From contig SXZC01000112.1 of NCBI GenBank assembly GCA_005788075.1, forward strand, positions 1-34,035: DNA of 34,035 bases, given 5' to 3'. This DNA is from Actinomycetota bacterium (GTDB taxonomy: Bacteria > Actinomycetota > Thermoleophilia > Miltoncostaeales > Miltoncostaeaceae). A program made the position numbers and the translations under genes. Below are positions 16,724 to 24,135 of the stretch, in pieces. The first letter of the stretch is position 1, and every line of letters begins with the position of its first letter. The notes below the pieces were generated by a model. That model was not told where the DNA came from, did no database searches, and saw only the letters and a program-made list of their open reading frames with translations.

Positions 16724-17640
16724 GGAACCGCCGCGCATGGGTGAGGTGGGGCGGCCTCGCGGCCGGGCTGGTGATCATCGCCCTTCTCGCCTGGACGGTG
16801 ATCGATGCCTGGGACGTGGTGACCTCGTTCGACTGGCAGCCGTCGGCGGGGTGGCTGATGCTCTCGGTGGTGCTGGCCCTGGCGTCGCTCACGCTGTCCG
16901 CGCTGGCCTACGAGGCGATCCTCGGTGGCCTGCACCGCCCCGCCCCGCCGGTGCTGGCCACGGTGTCCGCCTGGGCCCGGTCGCTGTTGGGCCGGTACGT
17001 GCCGGGCAACGTGCTGATGGTCGTCGGTCGCGCCGTGATGGCCGAGGCGCACGGGGTGCCGAAGCGCGTGACCGTGGCGGCCACCACCTACGAGCAGGTG
17101 ATCGCCCTCGTGGCGGCGTCGCTGCTGGCCGTGGTGGCGCTACTCGAGATCGGGTCGGGCAGCGCCGTGGGGCCCGCGGCCTGGCTGGTGCTGGCCGTGC
17201 CGCTGTCGGCGGCCCTGCTGCACCCGCGGGTGTTCGGGCCGCTGTCGTCGTGGGCGCTCCGGCGCGTGCGGCGCGAGCCCCTCGGCGTGCTGCTGCCCTT
17301 CGGCCGCGTGGTGCTGATGATCGGCTGGTACCTGGTCACCTCGGCGCTGCTGGGCTTCGCCGTGTGGGCCTTCATGCGCGGCATCGGCGGCCCGGACGTG
17401 GGTGATCCCGTGGGCGTGGCCTCGGGATTCCTGCTCGCCTTCGTGGTGTCGATGCTGGTGTTCATCGTGCCGTCGGGACTCGGCGTGCGCGATGCCATCC
17501 TGGCCCTCGTGCTCGCGCGCCAGGTGCCCGGCGGGGTGGCCGTGGCCCTCAGCGTGAGCTCGCGGCTGTTCCTCATCGCCGTGGAGCTGGTGTTCGTGGC
17601 CCTCGCCGCCGCGGCCGGGCGCAGGCGGGGCAGCCCATGA
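16720..17640 (+). CDS. flippase-like membrane protein (LPG_synthase_TM / UPF0104 type)
   Basis: ORF 16720..17640, GTG start with a GTGA overlap onto the upstream stop. It has about 8 TM segments. The motifs LLGRYVPGNV and FIVPSGLGVRDA resemble the KYLPGGxG and PGGLGVxE signatures of PF03706. Confidence 0.65.
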   Translation: MRNRRAWVRWGGLAAGLVIIALLAWTVIDAWDVVTSFDWQPSAGWLMLSVVLALASLTLSALAYEAILGGLHRPAPPVLATVSAWARSLLGRYVPGNVLMVVGRAVMAEAHGVPKRVTVAATTYEQVIALVAASLLAVVALLEIGSGSAVGPAAWLVLAVPLSAALLHPRVFGPLSSWALRRVRREPLGVLLPFGRVVLMIGWYLVTSALLGFAVWAFMRGIGGPDVGDPVGVASGFLLAFVVSMLVFIVPSGLGVRDAILALVLARQVPGGVAVALSVSSRLFLIAVELVFVALAAAAGRRRGSP

Positions 17641-19166
17641 GCATCGCACCGCCCACCGGCGGCCCGGGTGGCGGGCGCTCGCCCGGGTGGCGTGAGTGGA
17701 AGCTCGTGCGCGACCTTCCACTCACGCTGGTGCTGCTGCTCTCGGCCATCTGGGCCGCGCTGTTCTCGTACCTCTCGGTCGCGCGCCACGACGCCTGGTG
17801 GACCGGCCGGTTCGACCTCGGGAACATGGTGCAGGCCATCTGGAACACCGCCCATGGCGACGTGCTCATGGCCACCAACGCGGCGGGCGACCAGGTGTCA
17901 CGGCTGGGATCGCACGTGGATCCCCTGCTGCTCGTGCTCGTGCCCTTCCAGTGGGTCACCGACTCGGCCGTGCCGCTGCTCGTGGCCCAGTCGGTCGCCG
18001 TGGCCGCGGGGGCGATCCCGGCCTTCCTGCTCGGGCGCAGGTGGCTGGGCGACGACCGCCTGGCCGTCGCGGCCGCCGTGGCCTGGCTGCTCTATGCCCC
18101 GCTGCAGTGGGCCGTGGTCACCGACCTGCACGCGGTCACGCTGGCGGCGCCGCTGATCATGCTGGCCATCTGGGCGGCGGAGGCCCGGCGCGACTGGGTG
18201 CTGGGCATCTCCGTGGGCCTGGCGCTGCTGGGCAAGGAGCAGGTGGGCCTCGCCATGGCGATCCTCGGCATCTGGATCATCGTGCGCCAGCGGCGGTACA
18301 TCACGGGGGCCATCGTGTCGGTGGTGTCCGTGGCGTGGACCGCCCTGTGCGTGCTGGTGATCATCCCGTCGATGGGCAGCGGGCTACCGGAGCCGTTCGA
18401 GCGGCGCTTCGGGCGCTTCGGCGACACGCCATCCGAGGCCCTGGTGGGCGCCCTCACCAACCCGCTCGAGGTGATCACCACCGTCGGCGGCTGGTCGCGG
18501 CTGTCGTATCTGCTCGCGCTGCTGCTGCCACTGCTGCTGCTGCCGCTCTTCGCCCCGCTTCTCGCGGCCGCGGCCCTGCCCGACCTGCTGCTCAACATGC
18601 TGGCCGACTGGTGGCCGAACTACTCGATCGAGTTCCACTACGCAGCGGTGGTGAGCCCGTTCCTCATCGCCGCGGCGATCCTCGGCCTCGCGGGCCTTCG
18701 TCGCCGCACGCGCCCGGACTGGCTCGCGCGCATGCTCAGGCCGGCCGGCGCCGTGGCGGTCGTGCTCGTCGCGGCGGGCCTGCTCGGCACCCTCATCACG
18801 GGACCCGTGCCATTCGGGGGCCCGCTGTCGCGCGCCACGCCATCGCGCATCGATCAGTACCAGCCCATGGCTCATTCCCTGGCGCTCGCCGAGGGCGCCG
18901 CGCTGATCCCCGACGACGCGGTGGTGTCGGTGGGCAACAATGCCGGTGGTCACCTCTCGGCACGTCGCCGGGTGATGGTGTTCCCGGTCATCCGCGATGC
19001 GGAGTGGGTCATGGTGGATCGCACGCGCCCGAACATGCTCGACCGCCTCGACCCGCTGGGCTTCCAGCTGGCCCTCGACGAGCTGCTGTCGCGCCCGGAC
19101 TTCCGCCTGGTCTACGAGCGCGACGGCGTCATGGTGTTCCGTCGCGCGCCGGGTGCCACGCCATGA
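17637..19166 (+). CDS. DUF2079-family polytopic membrane protein (possible GT-C-like glycosyltransferase)
   Basis: ORF 17637..19166, with an ATGA overlap onto the upstream stop. The N-terminal signature is YLSVARHDAWWTGRFDLGNMVQAIWNTAHGD ... LGSHVDPLLLVLVPFQWV, followed by many TM helices and a soluble C-terminal domain (VMVFPVIRDAEWVMVDRT). Confidence 0.7.
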   Translation: MSIAPPTGGPGGGRSPGWREWKLVRDLPLTLVLLLSAIWAALFSYLSVARHDAWWTGRFDLGNMVQAIWNTAHGDVLMATNAAGDQVSRLGSHVDPLLLVLVPFQWVTDSAVPLLVAQSVAVAAGAIPAFLLGRRWLGDDRLAVAAAVAWLLYAPLQWAVVTDLHAVTLAAPLIMLAIWAAEARRDWVLGISVGLALLGKEQVGLAMAILGIWIIVRQRRYITGAIVSVVSVAWTALCVLVIIPSMGSGLPEPFERRFGRFGDTPSEALVGALTNPLEVITTVGGWSRLSYLLALLLPLLLLPLFAPLLAAAALPDLLLNMLADWWPNYSIEFHYAAVVSPFLIAAAILGLAGLRRRTRPDWLARMLRPAGAVAVVLVAAGLLGTLITGPVPFGGPLSRATPSRIDQYQPMAHSLALAEGAALIPDDAVVSVGNNAGGHLSARRRVMVFPVIRDAEWVMVDRTRPNMLDRLDPLGFQLALDELLSRPDFRLVYERDGVMVFRRAPGATP

Positions 19167-19657
19167 GCGGTCGCACCCGGGCGATCGGCATCGCCATCGT
19201 GGCGTGCGGCGTGCTGATGATGGCCCTGCCGGCGCTGCCCTGGTACGGCGCGTCGCTTCCCACCGGCAGCGCATCGCTCACCGGCTACGGCGCCGGCGGC
19301 GCCTCGTGGATCCTGCCGGTCATCGGCGTGGCGCTGGTGGTGACCGGCGTGCTCGCCGTGTGGTGGTCGATGCCCCCGGGAACCCGGGGTGCGCGCGTGA
19401 TCGGGGGGTTGGCGATCCTCTGGGCGGTGCTCGGCGTGGCGTGGTCGGCGCTCGTGGCCCTCTCCCCGCGCGTGGAGGTGGTGGCTGAGCGCGCGGGGCT
19501 TCCCGAGGCCACCCTCGCGGGTGAGTGGGCGGTGAACGTGCTGCCCGCGGCCTGGGCGTGCCTCGCGGTTGCCGCCCTTGCCGGGATGTCGGGGATCCTC
19601 CTGATGACCCCGCGGCCCGGCGACCTGCCGGCGGACGAGGCGGCGGAAGCCCCCTAG
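19163..19657 (+). CDS. small 4-TM membrane protein, hypothetical
   Basis: Last 164 codons of ORF 17696..19657, starting at ATG 19163 (MSGRTRAIGIAIVACGVLMMALPALPWYG). There is an ATGA overlap with the DUF2079 stop. Third positions are G/C. Confidence 0.55.
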   Translation: MSGRTRAIGIAIVACGVLMMALPALPWYGASLPTGSASLTGYGAGGASWILPVIGVALVVTGVLAVWWSMPPGTRGARVIGGLAILWAVLGVAWSALVALSPRVEVVAERAGLPEATLAGEWAVNVLPAAWACLAVAALAGMSGILLMTPRPGDLPADEAAEAP

Positions 19658-21864
19658 GGGGTGGTGGGCGTCGTCGGCGGAGGTGTCGGCGTCGGCGGCG
19701 GCGCAGGTGCCGGGGCAGGAGCGGGAGCCGGCGCAGGTGCCGGGGCAGGAGTTGGAGCCGGCGCAGGTGCCGGGGCCGGTGCGGGAGCCGGGGTGACGGT
19801 GGTCGGGCCCGTGGTCGGCGCGGGCCGCGGCACGTTCGTGGTGGTGCCCGGCTTGGTGGTGGTCTTTGTCGTGGTGGTCTTGGCGGTGCTGGTGCTCTTC
19901 GCCGAGCTCACCATGTAGGAGCCGGCCGACTCGGTGAAGTCGGATGAGAAGGCCGACCACTCGACCGGGTTCTTCGGCAGGGGGAACTCCAGGCCGTCGT
20001 CGTTCTTCGCCGCGATCTCCATGAAGTCGCCCCAGATCTGCGCGGGGAAGGTGCCGCCGGCGACGGTGATGCCGTGCACGCTCGTCATCGAGCGCCGCAC
20101 GCCGTCGTCGTTCGGGTAGCCCACCCACACGGCGCACACGTAGCGCGGCGTGTAGCCCACGAACCAGGCGTCGGTGTAGTCGTCGGTGGTGCCGGTCTTG
20201 CCCGCGACGTTCGGCGCGATGTTGGCCGCCGTCCCGGTGCCGCTGGTCACGTTGTCGCGCAGGATGCGGGTGACCTCGTAGGCCACGCCGTCCTGGAACA
20301 CCCGGGTGCGCTTCGGCGTGGCGAGGTCGCCCTTGGGCACGCCCTTGCCGAGGTCGGTCATGGCGATGGGCTTCACGCGGAACCCGCCGTTCGCCAGCGG
20401 GGCGTAGGCCGCGGCCATCTCGAGCGGGGTCACCTCGCCCGAGCCGAGGCCGATCGACGGCACCTCGGGCAGCTCGCTCTGCACGCCCATGTCCTTGGCC
20501 ATCTTCACCACGCGCTCGGGGCCGACGTCGAGCGTCATCTGGATGTACACGCTGTTGTCCGACGCCAGCGTGGCCTGCGAGATCGGCGTCGCGCCACGGT
20601 ACGAGTTGGAGTACGTGGCCACCTCGATCGGCCCCCACTTGGGGTCATCGATGTCGATGGGCCGGCTGTCGTAGACCGTGGAGTAGGGGTTGATGCCGTC
20701 CGCGATGGCGCGCGTGAGCACGAAGGTCTTGAAGGTCGACCCGGGCTGGCGGCGCGCCTGCGCGGCGTAGTTGAACTGGCTGTCCTTGCCGTACTCGCGG
20801 CTCGTGGCCATGGCGCGGATGTAGCCCGTGCGCGCATCGATGAGCACCACGGCGGCCGCGGGGTCGCCCACCTGTCCGAGGTTGCTCGCGATGGCCTGCT
20901 CGGCTGCGCGCTGCAGCTTGGGGTCGATGGTGGTGCGCACGGCGAGGCCGCCGTTCTGCACGCGCTGCTCGCCGTAGCGGTCGATGAGCTCCTGCCGCAC
21001 GTAGTCGAAGAAGTAGCCCTCGCGCTTGCGCTCGTAGGTCTTGCCCTTCTTCAGCTGCAGGCCGGAGGCCTTGGCCTCGTTGGCCTCGGCCTGCGTGATG
21101 TAGCCCTGATTGGCCATCTCCTGCAGCACCACGTTGCGACGGGCCGTGGCGTCCTTCGGGTTGACGAAGGGGTTGTACGCCGAGGGGGCCTGCGGCAGGC
21201 CCGCCAGCAGGGCGGCCTGCGGGAGGTTGATCGCCCACACCGGCTTGTCGAAGTAGGTGAGGGACGCCGCCTGGACGCCCACGGAGTTCTGGCCGTAGAA
21301 CACGCCGTTCAGGTACTTCGCGAGGATCTGGTCCTTGGTGAACCGGCTCTCGACCTCCTGCGCGAGGTGCGCCTCCTTGATCTTCTGGCCGAAGTCGCGC
21401 GGCGCGTCGGGGTCGTAGAGGTTCTTGACCAGCTGCATGGTGATGGTGCTTCCGCCCTGGCGGAGGCCATCGCTGTCCATGGCGTTGCGCACCGCGGCGC
21501 CGACGATGCGCACCCAGTCGACGCCGTCATGCTCGTAGAAGCGCTTGTCCTCGATGGCCACGGTGGCCTCGCGCAGGCTGAGGGGGATGCGCGAGAGGGG
21601 GATCTCCGTGCGGTTCGTGACCCCCGCGATGTAGCCGAGCAGCTTGCCGTTGCGGTCGTAGATGCGCGAGTTCTGGCCGAGGCCAACCGGCTGCATCTCG
21701 TCGATGTCGGGCAGGTCGGCCGTGACCGACTGGTAGCTGGTGGCGAGAGCCACCCCCAGCACCGTGCCCAGCACGAGCAGCGCCATGAGGATGACCCTGC
21801 CGAGGCCGATGCGGCCGTGGCGCGCCCGGTTCTCGCGCCGTCGCCGGAGGCGGTTGATCTTCAT
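19654..21864 (-). CDS. class A penicillin-binding protein (GT51 transglycosylase + transpeptidase) with a Pro/Ala/Thr-rich C-terminal tail
   Basis: ORF 19654..21897. GT51 motifs are EDKRFYEHDGVD, GGSTITMQLVKN and KIKEAHLAQEVE. The transpeptidase motif is PGSTFKTF (SxxK). ATG 21864 (MKINRL) is preferred over GTG 21897 because it forms an ATGA overlap with the upstream gene's stop. Confidence 0.95.
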   Translation of the reverse strand: MKINRLRRRRENRARHGRIGLGRVILMALLVLGTVLGVALATSYQSVTADLPDIDEMQPVGLGQNSRIYDRNGKLLGYIAGVTNRTEIPLSRIPLSLREATVAIEDKRFYEHDGVDWVRIVGAAVRNAMDSDGLRQGGSTITMQLVKNLYDPDAPRDFGQKIKEAHLAQEVESRFTKDQILAKYLNGVFYGQNSVGVQAASLTYFDKPVWAINLPQAALLAGLPQAPSAYNPFVNPKDATARRNVVLQEMANQGYITQAEANEAKASGLQLKKGKTYERKREGYFFDYVRQELIDRYGEQRVQNGGLAVRTTIDPKLQRAAEQAIASNLGQVGDPAAAVVLIDARTGYIRAMATSREYGKDSQFNYAAQARRQPGSTFKTFVLTRAIADGINPYSTVYDSRPIDIDDPKWGPIEVATYSNSYRGATPISQATLASDNSVYIQMTLDVGPERVVKMAKDMGVQSELPEVPSIGLGSGEVTPLEMAAAYAPLANGGFRVKPIAMTDLGKGVPKGDLATPKRTRVFQDGVAYEVTRILRDNVTSGTGTAANIAPNVAGKTGTTDDYTDAWFVGYTPRYVCAVWVGYPNDDGVRRSMTSVHGITVAGGTFPAQIWGDFMEIAAKNDDGLEFPLPKNPVEWSAFSSDFTESAGSYMVSSAKSTSTAKTTTTKTTTKPGTTTNVPRPAPTTGPTTVTPAPAPAPAPAPAPTPAPAPAPAPAPAPAPAPPPTPTPPPTTPTTP
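19701..19790. repeat. 3 x 30-bp near-perfect tandem repeat inside the PBP gene tail
   Basis: The units are gcgcaggtgccggggcaggagcgggagccg (19701-19730), gcgcaggtgccggggcaggagttggagccg (19731-19760) and gcgcaggtgccggggccggtgcgggagccg (19761-19790). There are 2 mismatches between neighbouring units. On the minus strand they encode the PAPAPAPAPA run. Confidence 0.9.
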
Positions 21865-22358
21865 CGGGCGGCTCCGGCGAGCGGGCGGATGTCCCACTCC
21901 ACGCGGCCCGTGCGGTAGTCGAGCAGGCCGATCACCTGCTCGGGACCGCCCATCACCCGTCCGGACACCACCCAGTTGAGCTCGTCATCGGGCCGGGCCT
22001 CGGCGCGCGCGGGCGCGGGCGCGGTGCCGCCTGCGGGCACGGGCACCGCCCATTCATCGGGGATCGTCTTCAGCGATACATCCGAAGCCACCGCGGGCGC
22101 CCCGGCCCACACCTGCGATGCCTGCTCCATCGCGGCATCGGCGGTGCCGAGGCGCGGGTTGCGCGAGGCCGTGACGGCCTCCCAGAGGAACGCCCACCCC
22201 TCGGCGGGATTCGCCAGGTAGTCCGACGCCGGCTCCTCCGCGTAGGCGGTGGCGATGAACGACGGGATCCACGCGACCACCACCACGCCTGCGGCGATGA
22301 GGGCGATGCGCGCCGATCGGGGCATGCGGGACGGGCGCTTTGCGGAGTGGGTCGTCAT
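21861..22358 (-). CDS. membrane-anchored hypothetical protein translationally coupled to the PBP
   Basis: Real part of ORF 21861..22556, from ATG 22358 (MTTHSAKRPSRMPRSARIALIAAGVVVVAWIPSFIATAYA). It has one N-terminal TM segment and an extracytoplasmic domain of roughly 120 aa. No family was recognised. Confidence 0.55.
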   Translation of the reverse strand: MTTHSAKRPSRMPRSARIALIAAGVVVVAWIPSFIATAYAEEPASDYLANPAEGWAFLWEAVTASRNPRLGTADAAMEQASQVWAGAPAVASDVSLKTIPDEWAVPVPAGGTAPAPARAEARPDDELNWVVSGRVMGGPEQVIGLLDYRTGRVEWDIRPLAGAAR

Positions 22359-22444
22359 GGCGGCAGCAGCGGGCACGGCCGCCGAGTATAGGACCGCCCC
22401 GCAAGCGGACCCTTCGCCCCGGTTGCCCCTTACCCTGCCCTGCA

Positions 22445-23125
22445 ATGGCGCCCTCACCGCCCGATCTCGTGCTCCTCGACGCCTTCGGCACCCTCGTGGC
22501 GATGGACCCTCCCGCCCCGGTGCTGCGGGGCCGGCTGGCCGCGGAGGGATACGCATTCAGCGCGCGCGCCGTGGAGGAGGCCCTTGCCCGCGAGATCGCC
22601 CACTACCGCTCGCGCATGCACGTGGCGCGCGATCGCGCGGGCCTCGATGACCTGCGCGCGGAGTGCGGCGAGGTGCTCGCGGATGCCCTCGGGCCGGGCG
22701 CGCCGCCCGCCCCGGAGGCCACGCGCATGCTCGTGGCATCGCTGAGGTTCCGGCTGCACGACGACGCCCTCGGTGCCATGGATGCCCTCGAGGCGCGAGG
22801 TATCCGGCTCGGCGTGGTGAGCAACTGGGATTGCGCGCTGCCCGACCACCTCGCCGCCCTCGGGGTGGCCGACCGCTTCGCCGTGATCGCCGTGAGCGCG
22901 CCCGTGGGGGCGGCCAAGCCCGACCCGGCGATCTTCCTGCATGCCACCTCCGCGGCCGGCGTGCATCCCTCGCGTGCCCTGCACGTGGGCGACCGGCGCG
23001 CGGAGGACTACGACGGCGCCCGCGCCGCCGGCCTCAGGGCCCTGCTGCTCGACCGCGCCGCCGCCGAACGCGGTCCGGATGTGATCACCACCCTCGCGGC
23101 GATTCCTGAGATCATCACCGGGTGA
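22445..23125 (+). CDS. HAD-superfamily hydrolase (subfamily IA, haloacid-dehalogenase-like DxFGT motif I)
   Basis: Real part of ORF 22340..23125, from ATG 22445 (MAPSPPDLVLLDAFGTLV). Motif I is LLDAFGTL, motif II VVSNWD, motif III AAKPDP and motif IV HVGDRRAEDYDGA. Confidence 0.8.
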   Translation: MAPSPPDLVLLDAFGTLVAMDPPAPVLRGRLAAEGYAFSARAVEEALAREIAHYRSRMHVARDRAGLDDLRAECGEVLADALGPGAPPAPEATRMLVASLRFRLHDDALGAMDALEARGIRLGVVSNWDCALPDHLAALGVADRFAVIAVSAPVGAAKPDPAIFLHATSAAGVHPSRALHVGDRRAEDYDGARAAGLRALLLDRAAAERGPDVITTLAAIPEIITG

Positions 23126-24135
23126 GGCGCACCCTCTGGACCTACGCCCTCGCGGCCCTCACGTTGGCGGCGCTCGTGGCGATGTACGTCTTCGCCTTCG
23201 TGCTGGGCGCGGAACCGCTGCCGCTCGCCGTGGTCATCATCGCGGTGTTCCTCGCGGTCATCGGCGCGGCGGTGGCGGTGAGCGACTCGGTATCCGTGCC
23301 GCGCCCGCGGGTGGCCGACATCGCCGCCGGCGCGGCCGCGACGACGTTCTCGCTGCTGCTCTGCCGCGAGATGGGCATCCCGGCACTGGTCACGGTCTCG
23401 ATCGTCGCGATCGTGATCGGGATGATGGTCGCCCCCCGCGGTCCGATGGATGCCCGGGCGGAGGGCGCCGCCTACGTGGGCGCGTTCGTGGGCCTCCTCG
23501 CCCCCAGCATCACGGTGCCCTCCGGCTGGGTCGTGCTGGCGGGGGCGCTCGCCGGGCTCCTCTGGTCGATCATCGGCCCTTACGTGCTTCCGGGCGTGGG
23601 CGGGCGCCTCGGCCTCGTCGCATTCATGGGGTCGTCGGCCATCTACTGGCTGGCATCGGCCCTGGGCTACGAGCACCAGGCGGTGCTCGTGCCCGAGGTG
23701 CAGGGCATGGCACACATGGCGATGATCCCCATCGGCGGCGTGGCCGCGGTGCTCACCTGGCTGCTCATACAGCGGCGCGGATGGGACTTCGCGCTGGCGT
23801 CGGGCATCACCTCGCTGCTCGTGTGCGGGGGCATCTACATGGCGGACATGGGAGCGCTCGCGCCGGTGCTCTCGACCGCCTGGTTCGGGGGCACGATGGT
23901 GGGCCTGTCCACGCCTGCGCGGCTTCCCAATGCCGCATGGGTGACGGTGGCGGGGCTCATGTATGGCTCATACATGCTCCACTTCGAGGGACCGCTCACG
24001 GGGCACGTGGGCGTGATCGGCGCCACCGGGACGATCGCGGTGTTCATCGCCATGGGCGCCATCCGGGTGGGCGCATGGCTCACGCCGCGCGCGACCCGGA
24101 CGATCGCGCGCCGCGCGCGGAGTACGCCCGCGTGA
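23122..24135 (+). CDS. polytopic membrane protein, uncharacterised family (paralogue A)
   Basis: ORF 23122..24135, GTG start with a GTGA overlap onto the HAD stop. It has about 9-10 TM helices. Conserved blocks shared with the next gene are GAFVGLLAPSITVP, GLLWSIIGP, PGVGGRLGLVAF, RLPNAAW and GHVGVIG. Confidence 0.65.
   Translation: MRRTLWTYALAALTLAALVAMYVFAFVLGAEPLPLAVVIIAVFLAVIGAAVAVSDSVSVPRPRVADIAAGAAATTFSLLLCREMGIPALVTVSIVAIVIGMMVAPRGPMDARAEGAAYVGAFVGLLAPSITVPSGWVVLAGALAGLLWSIIGPYVLPGVGGRLGLVAFMGSSAIYWLASALGYEHQAVLVPEVQGMAHMAMIPIGGVAAVLTWLLIQRRGWDFALASGITSLLVCGGIYMADMGALAPVLSTAWFGGTMVGLSTPARLPNAAWVTVAGLMYGSYMLHFEGPLTGHVGVIGATGTIAVFIAMGAIRVGAWLTPRATRTIARRARSTPA

Noticed and set aside
19661-19918. 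Plus-strand ORF encoding a GAGAGAGV repeat plus a hydrophobic stretch; also considered whether the 30-bp repeats could be a CRISPR array
   Set aside because: It is the antisense shadow of the PBP Pro/Ala/Thr tail. The repeats are directly tandem with no spacers, they lie inside a coding frame, and there are no cas genes. This is not a CRISPR array.
22445-23125. HAD hydrolase considered as the trehalose-6-phosphate phosphatase (OtsB) partner of otsA
   Set aside because: It lies about 10 kb away on the other strand in a different operon. It has a haloacid-dehalogenase-type DAFGT motif I rather than the DxDGT of OtsB-type phosphatases, and it lacks the OtsB cap layout.
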